Assembly (NCBI GenBank): GCA_947584125.1
Contig: CANPWI010000002.1
Location: 1 to 36,170 of the forward strand
From: an uncultured Clostridia bacterium
GTDB taxonomy: Bacteria; Bacillota; Clostridia; TANB77; CAG-508
Direction: 5' to 3'
DNA length: 36,170 nt
In this document: positions 1-9,821 of the stretch, piece by piece
How the letters are laid out: the number at the start of each line of letters is the position of its first letter
How positions within the stretch are numbered: the first letter of the stretch is position 1
Notes under the pieces: model-generated
Database searches by the model: none
What the model was told of the DNA's origin: nothing
Seen by the model: the letters and a program-made list of their open reading frames with translations, nothing else
Position numbers and translations under genes: made by a program

Positions 1-446
1 GATACTCTTGCAACATTATATGAATATATTGAAGGATTTTCTTTTAATTTATCTATTGTAAATCTTATATCTTCTGCTTGTAGTTTACTGCCATCTTGCC
101 ATTTTACATTATCTTTTATTTTTATTAAATAACTTGTTTCGTTAAGTTTTGTATATTCTTTTGCAAGGCATAACTCTATTTTATTATCTTTAGATATCTT
201 TAAAAGTGGTTCATATATAAGCCTTGATATATCCTGTACATTTTGATTATTACTAAGTATTGGATTTATTGTATCAAATTTTGCAATACCTAATCTTAAA
301 TCAGAAAATATTGTTGTTTCAGTGGTTTCTACATTTTCTTGCTTTTCTTGTTTATCTTCTTTTTTTCCAACAAAGTTATATATACAATATCCTATTAAAA
401 ACAATATTACTATAAAAAATATATATTTAAAAAAATTATTTTTCAT
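1..446 (-). CDS. ABC transporter substrate-binding protein, family 5 (peptide/nickel type), N-terminal part; the gene runs off the window edge
   Basis: My own minus-strand translation from the ATG at 446-444 gives MKNNFFKYIFFIVILFLIGYCIYNFVGKKEDKQEKQENVETTE..LRLGIAKFDTINPILSNNQNVQDISRLIYEPLLKISKDNKIELCLAKEY..IKDNVKWQDGSKLQAEDIRFTIDKLK. It has a hydrophobic anchor or signal followed by motifs typical of SBP_bac_5 proteins. A GGGAG RBS lies upstream. It is absent from the ORF track because it is open at the window edge. Confidence 0.6.
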   Translation of the reverse strand, partial: MKNNFFKYIFFIVILFLIGYCIYNFVGKKEDKQEKQENVETTETTIFSDLRLGIAKFDTINPILSNNQNVQDISRLIYEPLLKISKDNKIELCLAKEYTKLNETSYLIKIKDNVKWQDGSKLQAEDIRFTIDKLKENPSIYSYNVARV

Positions 447-540
447 TATTATTCTCCCTTAATTGTTTTATATATCATATATTATTTTTAGAAAATTATC
501 AATAGAAAAAATGAATGTATATAAAACTTTCCTACTATAT

Positions 541-572
541 AAAAAAAATGGAGCTAATTTTATCAGCCCCCA
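541..572 (-). terminator. Intrinsic terminator downstream of spoVS
   Basis: The minus strand reads GGGGGCTGATAAAATTAGCTCC followed by ATTTTTTTT, immediately after the spoVS stop. Confidence 0.6.
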
Positions 573-577
573 TTTAT

Positions 578-841
578 CTATTTTCTTGATTCTACTAAAA
601 TCCTTATTCCTGTTCTGTCTTCCCCCTCAACTTCTACTTCTGCAAATGCTGGTACGCATACAAGATCTACACCAGATGGTGCAACAAAACCTCTTGCTAT
701 TGCTACTGCCTTAATTGCTTGATTTAATGCTCCTGCTCCAATTGCTTGCATTTCTGCTTGATTATTTTCTTTTACCATTCCTGCAATAGCCCCTGCTACT
801 GAGTTTGGATTTGATTTTGATGAAATTTTTAAAACTTCCAT
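578..841 (-). CDS. spoVS: Stage V sporulation protein S
   Basis: The 87-aa product MEVLKISSKSNPNSVAGAIAGMVKENNQAEMQAIGAGALNQAIKAVAIARGF.. is a near-canonical SpoVS sequence. There is a GGAGG RBS. Confidence 0.95.
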   Translation of the reverse strand: MEVLKISSKSNPNSVAGAIAGMVKENNQAEMQAIGAGALNQAIKAVAIARGFVAPSGVDLVCVPAFAEVEVEGEDRTGIRILVESRK

Positions 842-978
842 TTTTTCCTCCTAAAATTTTATTTTTTGTTTCAACTTTTAACAGTTATATTTATATTATA
901 TTAGAGAAAAAATGTCTAGTATTTTTTGGAAATTTTTTCAAGTTTCGTACACACTTTTTTTACAATTTATGCCATGAC

Positions 979-1749
979 TTAAATCTTTATTCTATTTATC
1001 GACATTATTTGACAGTTAGCATCATTTATTTCAAAAATACATCCTGTTAAATTACATTCTCCATTTGCTAATTTATATTTTTCTGGTAGTGTTGTTTTAA
1101 ATCTTTTTAATGATGCTGTTATATCCATTCCTATTACAGAATTTTTTGGTCCAGTCATTCCTATATCTGTAATATAAGCTGTTCCGTTTGGAAGAATGGT
1201 TTCATCAGCTGTTTGAACATGTGTATGTGTTCCAAATACAATACTAACTTTTCCATCTAGCATATTTGCTAATGCTATTTTTTCTGCAGTTGCCTCTGCA
1301 TGAAAGTCTACTATAATTATATCTGCTTCTTCTTTTATGCTTTCTACTATTTGTTCTGATATTATAAATGGATTTTCTGTTAATACATTCATATCTGTTC
1401 TACCAAGTAAATTTATAACTGCAATTTTTTTTGATTTATAATTATATATTCCATATCCTTTTCCACATACACCTTTTGGATAATTAGCTGGTCTTATAAG
1501 TTTTTCATGGTCTATAAAATTAAATATATCTTTTTTTCCCCAGGTGTGATTTCCCATTGTTATAACATCTGTTCCAGAATTTAAAATTTCATCAAAATCT
1601 TTTCTTGTAATTCCCATTCCTCCTGCTACATTTTCACCATTTGTGATAACAAAATCTATATTTTCATCTTTTTTTAATTTTGGTAGTGTTTCTTTTAATT
1701 TTTTTAATCCGCCTTCTCCAACTATATCTCCAACTGCTAAAATTTTCAT
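979..1749 (-). CDS. ymdB: YmdB-family metallophosphoesterase (2',3'-cyclic-nucleotide 2'-phosphodiesterase, TIGR00282 type)
   Basis: The product reads MKILAVGDIVGEGG..ITNGENVAGGMGIT..GNHTWGKKDI..DFHAEATAEK..FGTHTHVQTADE. The ymdB-spoVS adjacency is typical of Firmicutes. There is an AAGGAGG RBS. Confidence 0.9.
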   Translation of the reverse strand: MKILAVGDIVGEGGLKKLKETLPKLKKDENIDFVITNGENVAGGMGITRKDFDEILNSGTDVITMGNHTWGKKDIFNFIDHEKLIRPANYPKGVCGKGYGIYNYKSKKIAVINLLGRTDMNVLTENPFIISEQIVESIKEEADIIIVDFHAEATAEKIALANMLDGKVSIVFGTHTHVQTADETILPNGTAYITDIGMTGPKNSVIGMDITASLKRFKTTLPEKYKLANGECNLTGCIFEINDANCQIMSINRIKI

Positions 1750-1863
1750 TTTATTTTTGCCTCCTTTATTTAACTTATGTTCTCATTATCTCTGTTATTT
1801 TTTCAATTTAATACCCAAATTAAAAGATGAATTATTTAAATGATGAATAGTCTAAATATGAAA

Positions 1864-4278
1864 TTAACTATCTAATTCTAATTCTATATCATAGATTTCA
1901 TAATCTTTATCTACTTCTTTTGCTTCAATATTTTCTATAAACAATGTTGCTTTAAAATCTTTTATTGATTTGTCTATTGCATCTTTTAACTCTGGACTTA
2001 ATCCTATTGATAGTTTCTTTATTGGTGTTTTTAATGAAACATTATTATTTGTTTTTGCTCCTCTTGCTTGACTTATAATTTCAATTATTTGATTTCCTAA
2101 TTCGATTTCTTTATCAAAATTATAATTTAATGCTTTAATTTCTGTAGTATGAATAGAAATATTACTATGGTATAATTCTTGGAATATTTCTTCTGTAATA
2201 AATGGGAAGAAAATACTGAAATCTTGTAATAGTTTATATAGTAATGTATATACTGTTTTTTGTCCACTATATCTTGGTATGTCTCCAAATTCTTCTGGTC
2301 TATATAATCTATGTTTTACAATTTCTATATAGTTGTCACAAAATTCCCAAAAGAATTTTTCTAGTATATTTAATGCTAATCCTACTTCGTATTGGTCTAA
2401 ATAATCAATAAATTGTTTTTCCATTTGTTGAAAACGACCTAATATCCATTTATCAATATATTCATATTCATTAAATTCTTTATCTTCATAATCTTGTAAA
2501 TGCATTTCAATAAATTTTGAAACATTCCATATTTTGTTTATTAACTTTTTACCACGAAGTAATGTTTCTTCACTAAATACAATATCAGTTCCAAGTCTTC
2601 CTGTACCTGCCCAATATCTAATAACATCTGCTGAATATTGATTTATTAAATCCATTGGTTCATGCTTGCTATTTCCTTTACTTTTACTTATTTTTTCACC
2701 TTTATTTGCCATAACAAATCCTGAAATCATTACATTGTCCCATGGTTTTTGTCCAAAATGATAAAAACTTTTTACTATTGTATAGAAATCCCATGTTCTA
2801 ATAATTTCACTTGCATTTGTTCTTAAGCTCATAGGTTTTAAAATATCTTCATAATTTTCTTTTTCACCATATCTCATATTTATAAGAGGTGTTACAGAAG
2901 ATGTTGCCCAAGTATCCATTACATCTGTTTCTGGTTCAAATTCTTTGCAATTACATTTAGGGCATTTTTCAATTTTTGGTACACTTGTTAAAGGATTTAC
3001 TGGTAAATCTTCTTTATTTGCAAAAATTGGTTCACCACATTCTTTACAATACCATACTGGGAATGGAACTCCAAAATATCTTTGTCTTGATATACACCAA
3101 TCCCAAGCAATATTGTTAACCCATTCATCATATCTTGCATGCATATATGATGGATGCCAATTAATTTCATTTCCTATTTTTATGAAGTCTTCTTTATGGT
3201 TCATTATATCTATAAACCATTGTTGCATTACAGCATATTCTACTTCTTTTCCACATCTTTCGTGTGTTTGTACTTCATGCTCTAATTCTTCTATTTTAAC
3301 TACATATCCACCTGCTTGCAAATCTTCAATTATTTGTTTTCTAGCTTCTTTTATTTTCATACCACCATAATTTGGAACAGAATCTATTATTCTTCCATTA
3401 TCGGTAAATATATATTTTAGTGGTAAATTATATTTTTTCCACCATTCTATATCTGTTTGATCTCCAAAAGTACAGCACATAACTAATCCTGTACCTTTGT
3501 CCATAGCAACTTTTTCATCTGCCATAATTGGAACATCTACATTTATTACTGGAATGTGCGCAGTTTTTCCTATTAAGTGTTTATTTTTTTCATCTTCTGG
3601 ATTAACAAATACACATACTATTGCTGGTAATAATTCTGGTCTTGTTGTTGCAATAGTAAATTCTTCATTATCTTCAAGTGTTTTGAAATTAATATAATTA
3701 AATGTTGTTTTTATTGTTTTTGTTTCTAATTCTGCTTGTGCTATTGATGTTAAACATTCATTACACCATAAAGCTGGACTTTCTTTATGATAGCAATGTC
3801 CTTTTTCTATTAAATCTAAAAATGATTTTTGACTGATTTTTATTGTAGATGGGCTTACTGTTTTATAATGTATATTCCAGTCTGTACTTACTCCCATTTT
3901 ACTAAATAATTCTTGAAAGTTTTCTTCGTACTTATCAGTTGTTTCATAGCATAATTTTGAAAATTCTTCTCTTCCTATTTCATGTGCTCTTTTTCCTTGC
4001 TCTTTTTCTACTAATCTTTCACTTGGTAAACCATTATCATCAAATCCAAATGGATAAAAAATATTATATCCTCTTAGTCTTTTATATCTTGCTAGCATTT
4101 CTGTTTGAGTATATGAAAATATATGTCCTATGTGTATTTTTCCATTAACTGTTGGTGGTGGTGTATCTATTGAATAAATTTCCCTTCCATTTCTTTTGAA
4201 TTCATAAATTTTATTATCTTTCCAATAGTCAAGCCATTTTTTTTCTTTTTCTTCAGCATTATATTTCTTATCTAACAT
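1864..4278 (-). CDS. valS: Valine--tRNA ligase (short type-2 form without the long C-terminal coiled coil)
   Basis: Class I aaRS motifs are present: YSIDTPPPTVNGKIHIGH (HIGH), WCISRQRYFGVPFPVWYC and KISKSKGN (KMSKS). I set the start at MLDKKYNAEEKEKKW (ATG at 4278) because it has an AAAGGAGAAG RBS, and because the longer track ORF start at 4356 lies inside the T-box terminator hairpin. Confidence 0.88.
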   Translation of the reverse strand: MLDKKYNAEEKEKKWLDYWKDNKIYEFKRNGREIYSIDTPPPTVNGKIHIGHIFSYTQTEMLARYKRLRGYNIFYPFGFDDNGLPSERLVEKEQGKRAHEIGREEFSKLCYETTDKYEENFQELFSKMGVSTDWNIHYKTVSPSTIKISQKSFLDLIEKGHCYHKESPALWCNECLTSIAQAELETKTIKTTFNYINFKTLEDNEEFTIATTRPELLPAIVCVFVNPEDEKNKHLIGKTAHIPVINVDVPIMADEKVAMDKGTGLVMCCTFGDQTDIEWWKKYNLPLKYIFTDNGRIIDSVPNYGGMKIKEARKQIIEDLQAGGYVVKIEELEHEVQTHERCGKEVEYAVMQQWFIDIMNHKEDFIKIGNEINWHPSYMHARYDEWVNNIAWDWCISRQRYFGVPFPVWYCKECGEPIFANKEDLPVNPLTSVPKIEKCPKCNCKEFEPETDVMDTWATSSVTPLINMRYGEKENYEDILKPMSLRTNASEIIRTWDFYTIVKSFYHFGQKPWDNVMISGFVMANKGEKISKSKGNSKHEPMDLINQYSADVIRYWAGTGRLGTDIVFSEETLLRGKKLINKIWNVSKFIEMHLQDYEDKEFNEYEYIDKWILGRFQQMEKQFIDYLDQYEVGLALNILEKFFWEFCDNYIEIVKHRLYRPEEFGDIPRYSGQKTVYTLLYKLLQDFSIFFPFITEEIFQELYHSNISIHTTEIKALNYNFDKEIELGNQIIEIISQARGAKTNNNVSLKTPIKKLSIGLSPELKDAIDKSIKDFKATLFIENIEAKEVDKDYEIYDIELELDS

Positions 4279-4582
4279 ACAATCTTCTCCTTTCTTTTTT
4301 ATAAAATATGTATAATAAGATTTTTGGTGGTATATAAATATAAAACCCTTATGCATTTTTATGCATAAGGGCGAAATTTATTTACGCGGTACCACCTTAA
4401 TTTTATCTTAATTAGCTTTTAACACAGCTTACGCGGATATATTTACTTTTATTTTCGATATATCAACAAAAAAGCTACCTTCCATTTATTTTATTTAAGA
4501 AGCTTACAGCCTTTGACTTCTATTCTCTTTAAAATAATTGATAAATGTACTCCTCTTTTTTATAGTCTTTATTATTTTTTAT
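4279..4582 (-). promoter_or_regulatory. T-box leader (tRNA-sensing transcription attenuator) controlling valS
   Basis: The minus strand contains the conserved T-box sequence AAGGTGGTACCGCG (plus-strand 4385-4396 = cgcggtaccacc). It is followed by a terminator, CCCTTATGCAT/ATGCATAAGGG (4346-4371), plus a U-run. Stem I lies at about 4468-4561 and has an AGAGA bulge. Its specifier loop reads GAAGGUAG, in which GUA (Val, 4476-4478) sits directly before a purine and the basal helix AAAAAG/CUUUUU. Confidence 0.85.
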
Positions 4583-4588
4583 GTTTAT

Positions 4589-4617
4589 ATTTTATACCAA
4601 AATTACTTATTTGTAAA
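4589..4617 (-). promoter_or_regulatory. Sigma-A type promoter for the valS T-box leader
   Basis: The minus strand reads TTTACA, a 17-nt spacer, then TAAAAT (-35 at 4612-4617, -10 at 4589-4594). Confidence 0.5.
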
Positions 4618-4640
4618 TACTTTTTTAGAATTAGACAAGA

Positions 4641-4666
4641 AAAAAGAGCATTTACATGCTCTTTTT
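4641..4666 (-). terminator. Intrinsic terminator downstream of rpmA
   Basis: The minus strand reads AAAAAGAGCAT-GTAA-ATGCTCTTTTTT. It has a 7-bp stem (4645-4651 with 4656-4662) and a U-run, directly after the rpmA stop. Confidence 0.75.
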
Positions 4667-4668
4667 AT

Positions 4669-4926
4669 TTATGCTTCTGGGTAAACACTAACTTTTTTCT
4701 TGTCTTTACCTAATCTTTCAAATTTAACTTTTCCATCTACTAATGCATATAAAGTATCATCACTACCTTTTCCAACATTAGTTCCTGGATGTATTTTTGT
4801 TCCTCTTTGTCTAATTAATATGTTTCCAGCTAGAACAAATTGACCATCAGCTCTTTTTAAACCAAGGCGTTTAGATTCACTATCTCTACCATTTTTAACA
4901 CTACCTTGCCCTTTTTTATGTGCCAT
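4669..4926 (-). CDS. rpmA: 50S ribosomal protein L27 (no N-terminal propeptide)
   Basis: The product [52 protein letters not shown].. is canonical L27. It begins directly at the mature-type AHKK motif. There is a GGAAGGAG RBS. Confidence 0.95.
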   Translation of the reverse strand: MAHKKGQGSVKNGRDSESKRLGLKRADGQFVLAGNILIRQRGTKIHPGTNVGKGSDDTLYALVDGKVKFERLGKDKKKVSVYPEA

Positions 4927-4984
4927 TCTAGTCTCACTCCTTCCATTTACAAAAAATTTATCTCTTTAATTATTATAATTGAAA

Positions 4985-5350
4985 TTAAGCTTCAACTTTT
5001 TCTTCAGCTTTTTCTTCAACTTTAGTTGCTTTTTTAGCTGCTGTTTTAATTGATGTAATTTCAACTTTTGTATATGGTTGTCTATGTCCTTGTTTTCTTC
5101 TATAATTCTTTTTAGGTTTATATTTGAAAACAACTATTTTTTTACCTTTACCGTGTGAAACTACTTTTCCTTCAACTTTAATACCTTTTACATAAGGGTT
5201 TCCTATTTGTACTTTTTCATCTTCAGATACTAGAACTACTTTATCGAAAGTAACTTTTTTACCTTCTTCAGCATCTAATTTTTCAAAAAATACAACATCT
5301 CCTTCTGCTACTTTGTATTGTTTTCCACATGCTTCTATAATTGCGTACAT
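4985..5350 (-). CDS. rplU: 50S ribosomal protein L21 (with a Lys/Glu-rich C-terminal tail)
   Basis: The product reads [49 protein letters not shown]. The start is the ATG at 5350, which has a GGGAGG RBS. The 23-codon upstream extension in the ORF track lacks an RBS and covers the leader. Confidence 0.92.
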   Translation of the reverse strand: MYAIIEACGKQYKVAEGDVVFFEKLDAEEGKKVTFDKVVLVSEDEKVQIGNPYVKGIKVEGKVVSHGKGKKIVVFKYKPKKNYRRKQGHRQPYTKVEITSIKTAAKKATKVEEKAEEKVEA

Positions 5351-5454
5351 TATGTGGCACCTCCCTTTTTTTGTATACTCGCTAACCTTAAACTTTAGGT
5401 AGTTAACTACTGTTAACATTTATGGAACCTTGAATTATGCGGTTACAGTTAGAT
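5351..5454 (-). promoter_or_regulatory. Untranslated leader of the rplU-rpmA operon (possible L21-leader type ribosomal autoregulatory RNA)
   Basis: A roughly 100-nt 5' UTR lies between a consensus promoter and the rplU RBS. Firmicute rplU operons are known to carry a structured L21 leader. I did not verify the fold. Confidence 0.4.
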
Positions 5455-5483
5455 ATTTTAACATAAATTTTTGTATTTGTCAA
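5455..5483 (-). promoter_or_regulatory. Consensus sigma-A promoter of rplU-rpmA
   Basis: The minus strand reads TTGACA (5478-5483), a 17-nt spacer, then TAAAAT (5455-5460). Confidence 0.7.
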
Positions 5484-5498
5484 ATTTTTTATTACAGT

Positions 5499-5693
5499 TT
5501 ATTGTATATTAAAAAATATAATTAAAACTCCTATTATTGAAAATACAAAACCTAATATTTTTAATCCACTAGTTGCTTCATTTTGATCTCCAAAACTGAA
5601 CATTTTTTTTGTTAATATTCGAGCATCATATATCATTATTACTCCTACAGCAATAATAATTAATCCAACTAATAATAAAATAATATTTAGCAT
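5499..5693 (-). CDS. Small two-TM membrane protein, unknown function
   Basis: The 64-aa product MLNIILLLVGLIIIAVGVIMIYD...LKILGFVFSIIGVLIIFFNIQ has two hydrophobic segments. There is an AAGAGGA RBS. The gene lies 18 nt downstream of recG. Confidence 0.6.
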   Translation of the reverse strand: MLNIILLLVGLIIIAVGVIMIYDARILTKKMFSFGDQNEATSGLKILGFVFSIIGVLIIFFNIQ

Positions 5694-5711
5694 ATTTATT
5701 CCTCTTTCTTT

Positions 5712-7763
5712 TTATATTTCTATTCTTTGCTTTAATTTTTCATCTATTATTTTCTTCAGTTTTTTGTTTTTTTCATTCATTAGTTTTGGATCTTCTTCTA
5801 TTATTTCATTTGCAATTACTTGTACTTGCTTTAATATTTTCATATCTTCAAATAAGTTAGCTATTTTAAAGTCTGGTATACCATGTTGCTTTGTTCCAAA
5901 AAAGTCTCCACTACCTCTTAGTTCTAAATCCTTTTCTGAAATTACAAAACCATCTGTTGACTGTGTCATTACCTTCATTCTTTCTCTTACAACATCAGAG
6001 GTTCCTTGATATTTTAAAATACAATATGATTGGTATTCCCCTCTTCCTACTCTTCCTCTAAGCTGATGTAGTGCAGCAAGACCAAAACGCTGAGCATCTT
6101 CTATAACCATTATACTAGCATTTGGAACATTTACTCCTACCTCTATTACTGTTGTAGAAATTAAAATATCTATTTTTCCTTTTTTAAATTGTTCCATAAT
6201 TTCATCTTTTTCTTTTGGTCTCATTTTTCCATGTATATACTCTACTTTGAATTGTGGAAATATTTTTTCTTTATATTGCTCTGCAACTTCTAAAACAGAT
6301 TTTAATTTCATTTCTTCATTTTCTTCAACTAGAGGACATACTATATATGCTTGTCTTCCTTCTTCTATTTGTTTTTGAATGAAATTATTTACTCTTTGCT
6401 CCATTGACTTAGTAACAGCAAATGTGTCTATTTTTTTTCTATTTGGTGGTAATTCATCAATAATTGATATATCTAGGTCTCCATATAAAATAAGTGCTAA
6501 TGTTCTTGGAATTGGTGTTGCTGTCATAACTAATACATCAGGATTTTTTCCTTTGCTTGCAATTACACTTCTTTGTCTTACTCCAAATCTGTGTTGCTCA
6601 TCTGTAACTACTAATCCTAAATTTGCAAATTCAACATTGTCTTCTAATATTGCATGTGTTCCAATTAAAACATCTATTTTTCCATTTTTTAATTCTTCTA
6701 ATATTCTTTCTTTATTTTTTTTGGTTGTGCTTCCAATTAAAAGTTCGCATTTTATTCCTAAAGGTTCTAATATTTGTTTATAACTTTCAAAATGCTGTGT
6801 TGCTAGTATTGATGTTGGTGCCATAATTGTCATTTGATATCCACTTTTTACTGCTTTATATGCTGCAATTATAGATACTATTGTTTTCCCAGAGCCAACA
6901 TCTCCTTGTAAAAGTCTATTCATAATTTTTGGACTTTCCATGTCTGTATCTATTTCTTCTAATACTCTTAATTGAGCTTTTGTTAATTTAAAAGGTAAAT
7001 TATTTATTATATCTGACATTTTAGCATCTTTACTAAATTTTATTCCTTGTTTACTATTTGTTGTTTGATTCTTTAGACTTAATAATAGTAGTTGCATAGT
7101 TAGTAATTCTTCAAAAACTAATCTTTCTCTTGCTTTTTTGAATTCTTCAAAATTATTTGGAAAATGTATTTTATATGTTGCTTCATTTAAACTTATTAAT
7201 TTTTGCTTTTCTAATATGTATTGTGGCATTGATTCTTCTAATTTATTATCTACAATTTCTAATCCATTTTCTATTATTTGTCTAATTGTATTTTGAGATA
7301 ATTTATATGTTAATGGGTATAAGGGTATTATTTTTCCTGTATTTTTATTTTTTTCAAAGTTATCATATACTGGTGATACTATTTGAGTTTGACCTGTTTT
7401 TTTTGAAACTTTTCCATAAAATTTATATTTATTACCATATTTAAATATGGTTTTTAAGTAACTTTGATTGTACCAAACTAGTGTACATCTATCGGTTTGG
7501 TCAGCAACTATTAGTTTATACATTGTCATATTTTTTCTTCTAGTTCTTATTTCTGCTATTTTAGAAACTGCTGTTGCTTCAATTAGTGCTTCTTCTCCAT
7601 CAACTAGCTCTGCTATTTTTTTTGGTTTACTTCTATCCTCGTATTGTCTTGGATAATAGGTAATTAAATCCTCTAGTGTAAAAATTCCCAATTTATTTAA
7701 TAGTTTTACTCTATTAGGGCCTACTCCTTTTATATATTGTATATCTTGATTTAAATCTAACAT
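5712..7763 (-). CDS. recG: ATP-dependent DNA helicase RecG
   Basis: The product has a wedge-domain N-terminus, Walker A (GDVGSGKT), a DEQH box (VVTDEQHRFGV), the helicase C motif QLRGRVGRG and the TRG region. There is an AGGAGAAGGG RBS. Confidence 0.95.
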   Translation of the reverse strand: MLDLNQDIQYIKGVGPNRVKLLNKLGIFTLEDLITYYPRQYEDRSKPKKIAELVDGEEALIEATAVSKIAEIRTRRKNMTMYKLIVADQTDRCTLVWYNQSYLKTIFKYGNKYKFYGKVSKKTGQTQIVSPVYDNFEKNKNTGKIIPLYPLTYKLSQNTIRQIIENGLEIVDNKLEESMPQYILEKQKLISLNEATYKIHFPNNFEEFKKARERLVFEELLTMQLLLLSLKNQTTNSKQGIKFSKDAKMSDIINNLPFKLTKAQLRVLEEIDTDMESPKIMNRLLQGDVGSGKTIVSIIAAYKAVKSGYQMTIMAPTSILATQHFESYKQILEPLGIKCELLIGSTTKKNKERILEELKNGKIDVLIGTHAILEDNVEFANLGLVVTDEQHRFGVRQRSVIASKGKNPDVLVMTATPIPRTLALILYGDLDISIIDELPPNRKKIDTFAVTKSMEQRVNNFIQKQIEEGRQAYIVCPLVEENEEMKLKSVLEVAEQYKEKIFPQFKVEYIHGKMRPKEKDEIMEQFKKGKIDILISTTVIEVGVNVPNASIMVIEDAQRFGLAALHQLRGRVGRGEYQSYCILKYQGTSDVVRERMKVMTQSTDGFVISEKDLELRGSGDFFGTKQHGIPDFKIANLFEDMKILKQVQVIANEIIEEDPKLMNEKNKKLKKIIDEKLKQRIEI

Positions 7764-7781
7764 ACCCTTCTCCTATTTTTA

Positions 7782-8423
7782 CTACATTTTTCTAAATACC
7801 CCACTTACTTTACCAAGTATTTTACAATCTGGTACAATTATTGGATCCATTGTACTATTTTCTGGTTGTAATCTTATATGGTCTTTTTCTTTATAAAATG
7901 TTTTAACTGTTGCTTCATCTTCTATTAATGCTACTACAATTTCTCCATTTGATGCTGTATTTTGTTTTTTTACTAATATGTAATCTCCATCTAAAATTCC
8001 AGCTTCTATCATGCTTTCTCCTCTAACTGTAAGCATAAATGCTTCAGAATTTCCAACAAAATCTAATGGTATAGGAAATGTATCTGTAACATTTTCAACA
8101 GCAAGTATTGGTGCACCAGCTGTTATTTTTCCAATTACAGGTACTTCTACCATTTCTTTTCCACTATAGAAATCTTTTGGTTCATTTTGTTTTGAACCAC
8201 CTCTTAATAATTTTAATGTTCTTCCTTTTTGTGATTCTTTTTTAATATAGCCTTTTGTTTCTAGTTTATTTAAATATCCATGTACTGTTGCAGTTGAACT
8301 TAATCCTACTGCTTTTCCAATTTCTCTAACTGATGGTGGATATCCTTTTAAATCTACCTGTTTTTCAATAAATTTTAATATAGCCTTTTCTCTTTTATTT
8401 AATTCTTCATCTTTCTTTTTCAA
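7782..8423 (-). CDS. lexA: LexA repressor (S24 peptidase), TTG start
   Basis: The winged-helix N-terminus reads [50 protein letters not shown]. The C-terminal S24 domain has the catalytic Ser in VRGESM and the catalytic Lys in EATVKTF. The likely Ala-Gly cleavage site is KITAGAPI. The start is a TTG preceded by a GGAGTG RBS. Confidence 0.92.
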   Translation of the reverse strand: MKKKDEELNKREKAILKFIEKQVDLKGYPPSVREIGKAVGLSSTATVHGYLNKLETKGYIKKESQKGRTLKLLRGGSKQNEPKDFYSGKEMVEVPVIGKITAGAPILAVENVTDTFPIPLDFVGNSEAFMLTVRGESMIEAGILDGDYILVKKQNTASNGEIVVALIEDEATVKTFYKEKDHIRLQPENSTMDPIIVPDCKILGKVSGVFRKM

Positions 8424-8470
8424 GGTAAATCACTCCTTTTTTATATTTGCCATAATGTTATCATACAAAC

Positions 8471-8498
8471 AAAAAAATGTCAAACAAATTTTTGACAT
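8471..8498 (-). terminator. Hairpin plus U-run between obg and lexA (obg terminator); its 3' arm also supplies a TTGACA -35 for lexA
   Basis: There is a perfect 8-bp inverted repeat, ATGTCAAA/TTTGACAT (8477-8484 with 8491-8498), with a 6-nt loop, followed on the minus strand by TTTTTTT. The sequence TTGACA, 17 nt, then TAACAT follows toward lexA. Confidence 0.55.
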
Positions 8499-8513
8499 TT
8501 TTATTTTTTCTCA

Positions 8514-9821
<1,308 letters not shown>

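Noticed and set aside
463-714. An 83-aa plus-strand ORF overlapping the spoVS 3' end and its terminator, and the similar ORFs 805-1050, 1643-1843 and 4513-4713.
   Set aside because: They span intergenic terminators or promoters and gene ends. They have no RBS, their composition is low-complexity, and they conflict with confident genes on the other strand.
2945-3370. Plus-strand ORFs lying antisense to well-identified minus-strand genes. Examples are 2945-3370, 3497-3697, 3939-4148, 5764-6009, 6379-6783, 6623-6826, 7468-7656, 13575-14156, 14407-14697, 20138-21080, 21443-22136, 23185-23628, 25315-25848, 26135-26446, 27257-27718, 31141-31699, 32485-32739, 33366-33878 and 34351-35029. The same applies to minus-strand ORFs antisense to plus-strand genes (11765-12163, 16810-17085).
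   Set aside because: Their translations are low-complexity F/L/I/S-rich strings, typical of the antisense frames of A+T-rich genes. They lack RBSs, and each is fully overlapped by a gene with unmistakable conserved motifs.
4279-4356. The 830-aa version of the valS ORF in the track, starting at 4356 (MHKGFIFIYHQKSYYTYFIKKKGEDC...).
   Set aside because: The extra 26 codons lie inside the T-box terminator hairpin and U-run and have no RBS. The internal ATG at 4278 has an AAAGGAGAAG RBS and matches the normal ValRS N-terminus.
4476-4479. Reading the valS T-box specifier as GGU (glycine) by analogy with GAA-GGC-A in glyQS leaders.
   Set aside because: The downstream enzyme is ValRS. The triplet directly followed by a purine and the basal helix is GUA (Val). 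I kept this as a register caveat only.
8424-8513. A search for a canonical Firmicute LexA (DinR) operator, CGAAC-N4-GTTCG, upstream of lexA. The 8-bp inverted repeat ATGTCAAA/TTTGACAT was considered as an operator.
   Set aside because: No GAAC/GTTC half-sites occur on either strand. The inverted repeat is followed by a U-run directly after obg, so it is better explained as the obg terminator. It is reported as an open question, not as a LexA box.
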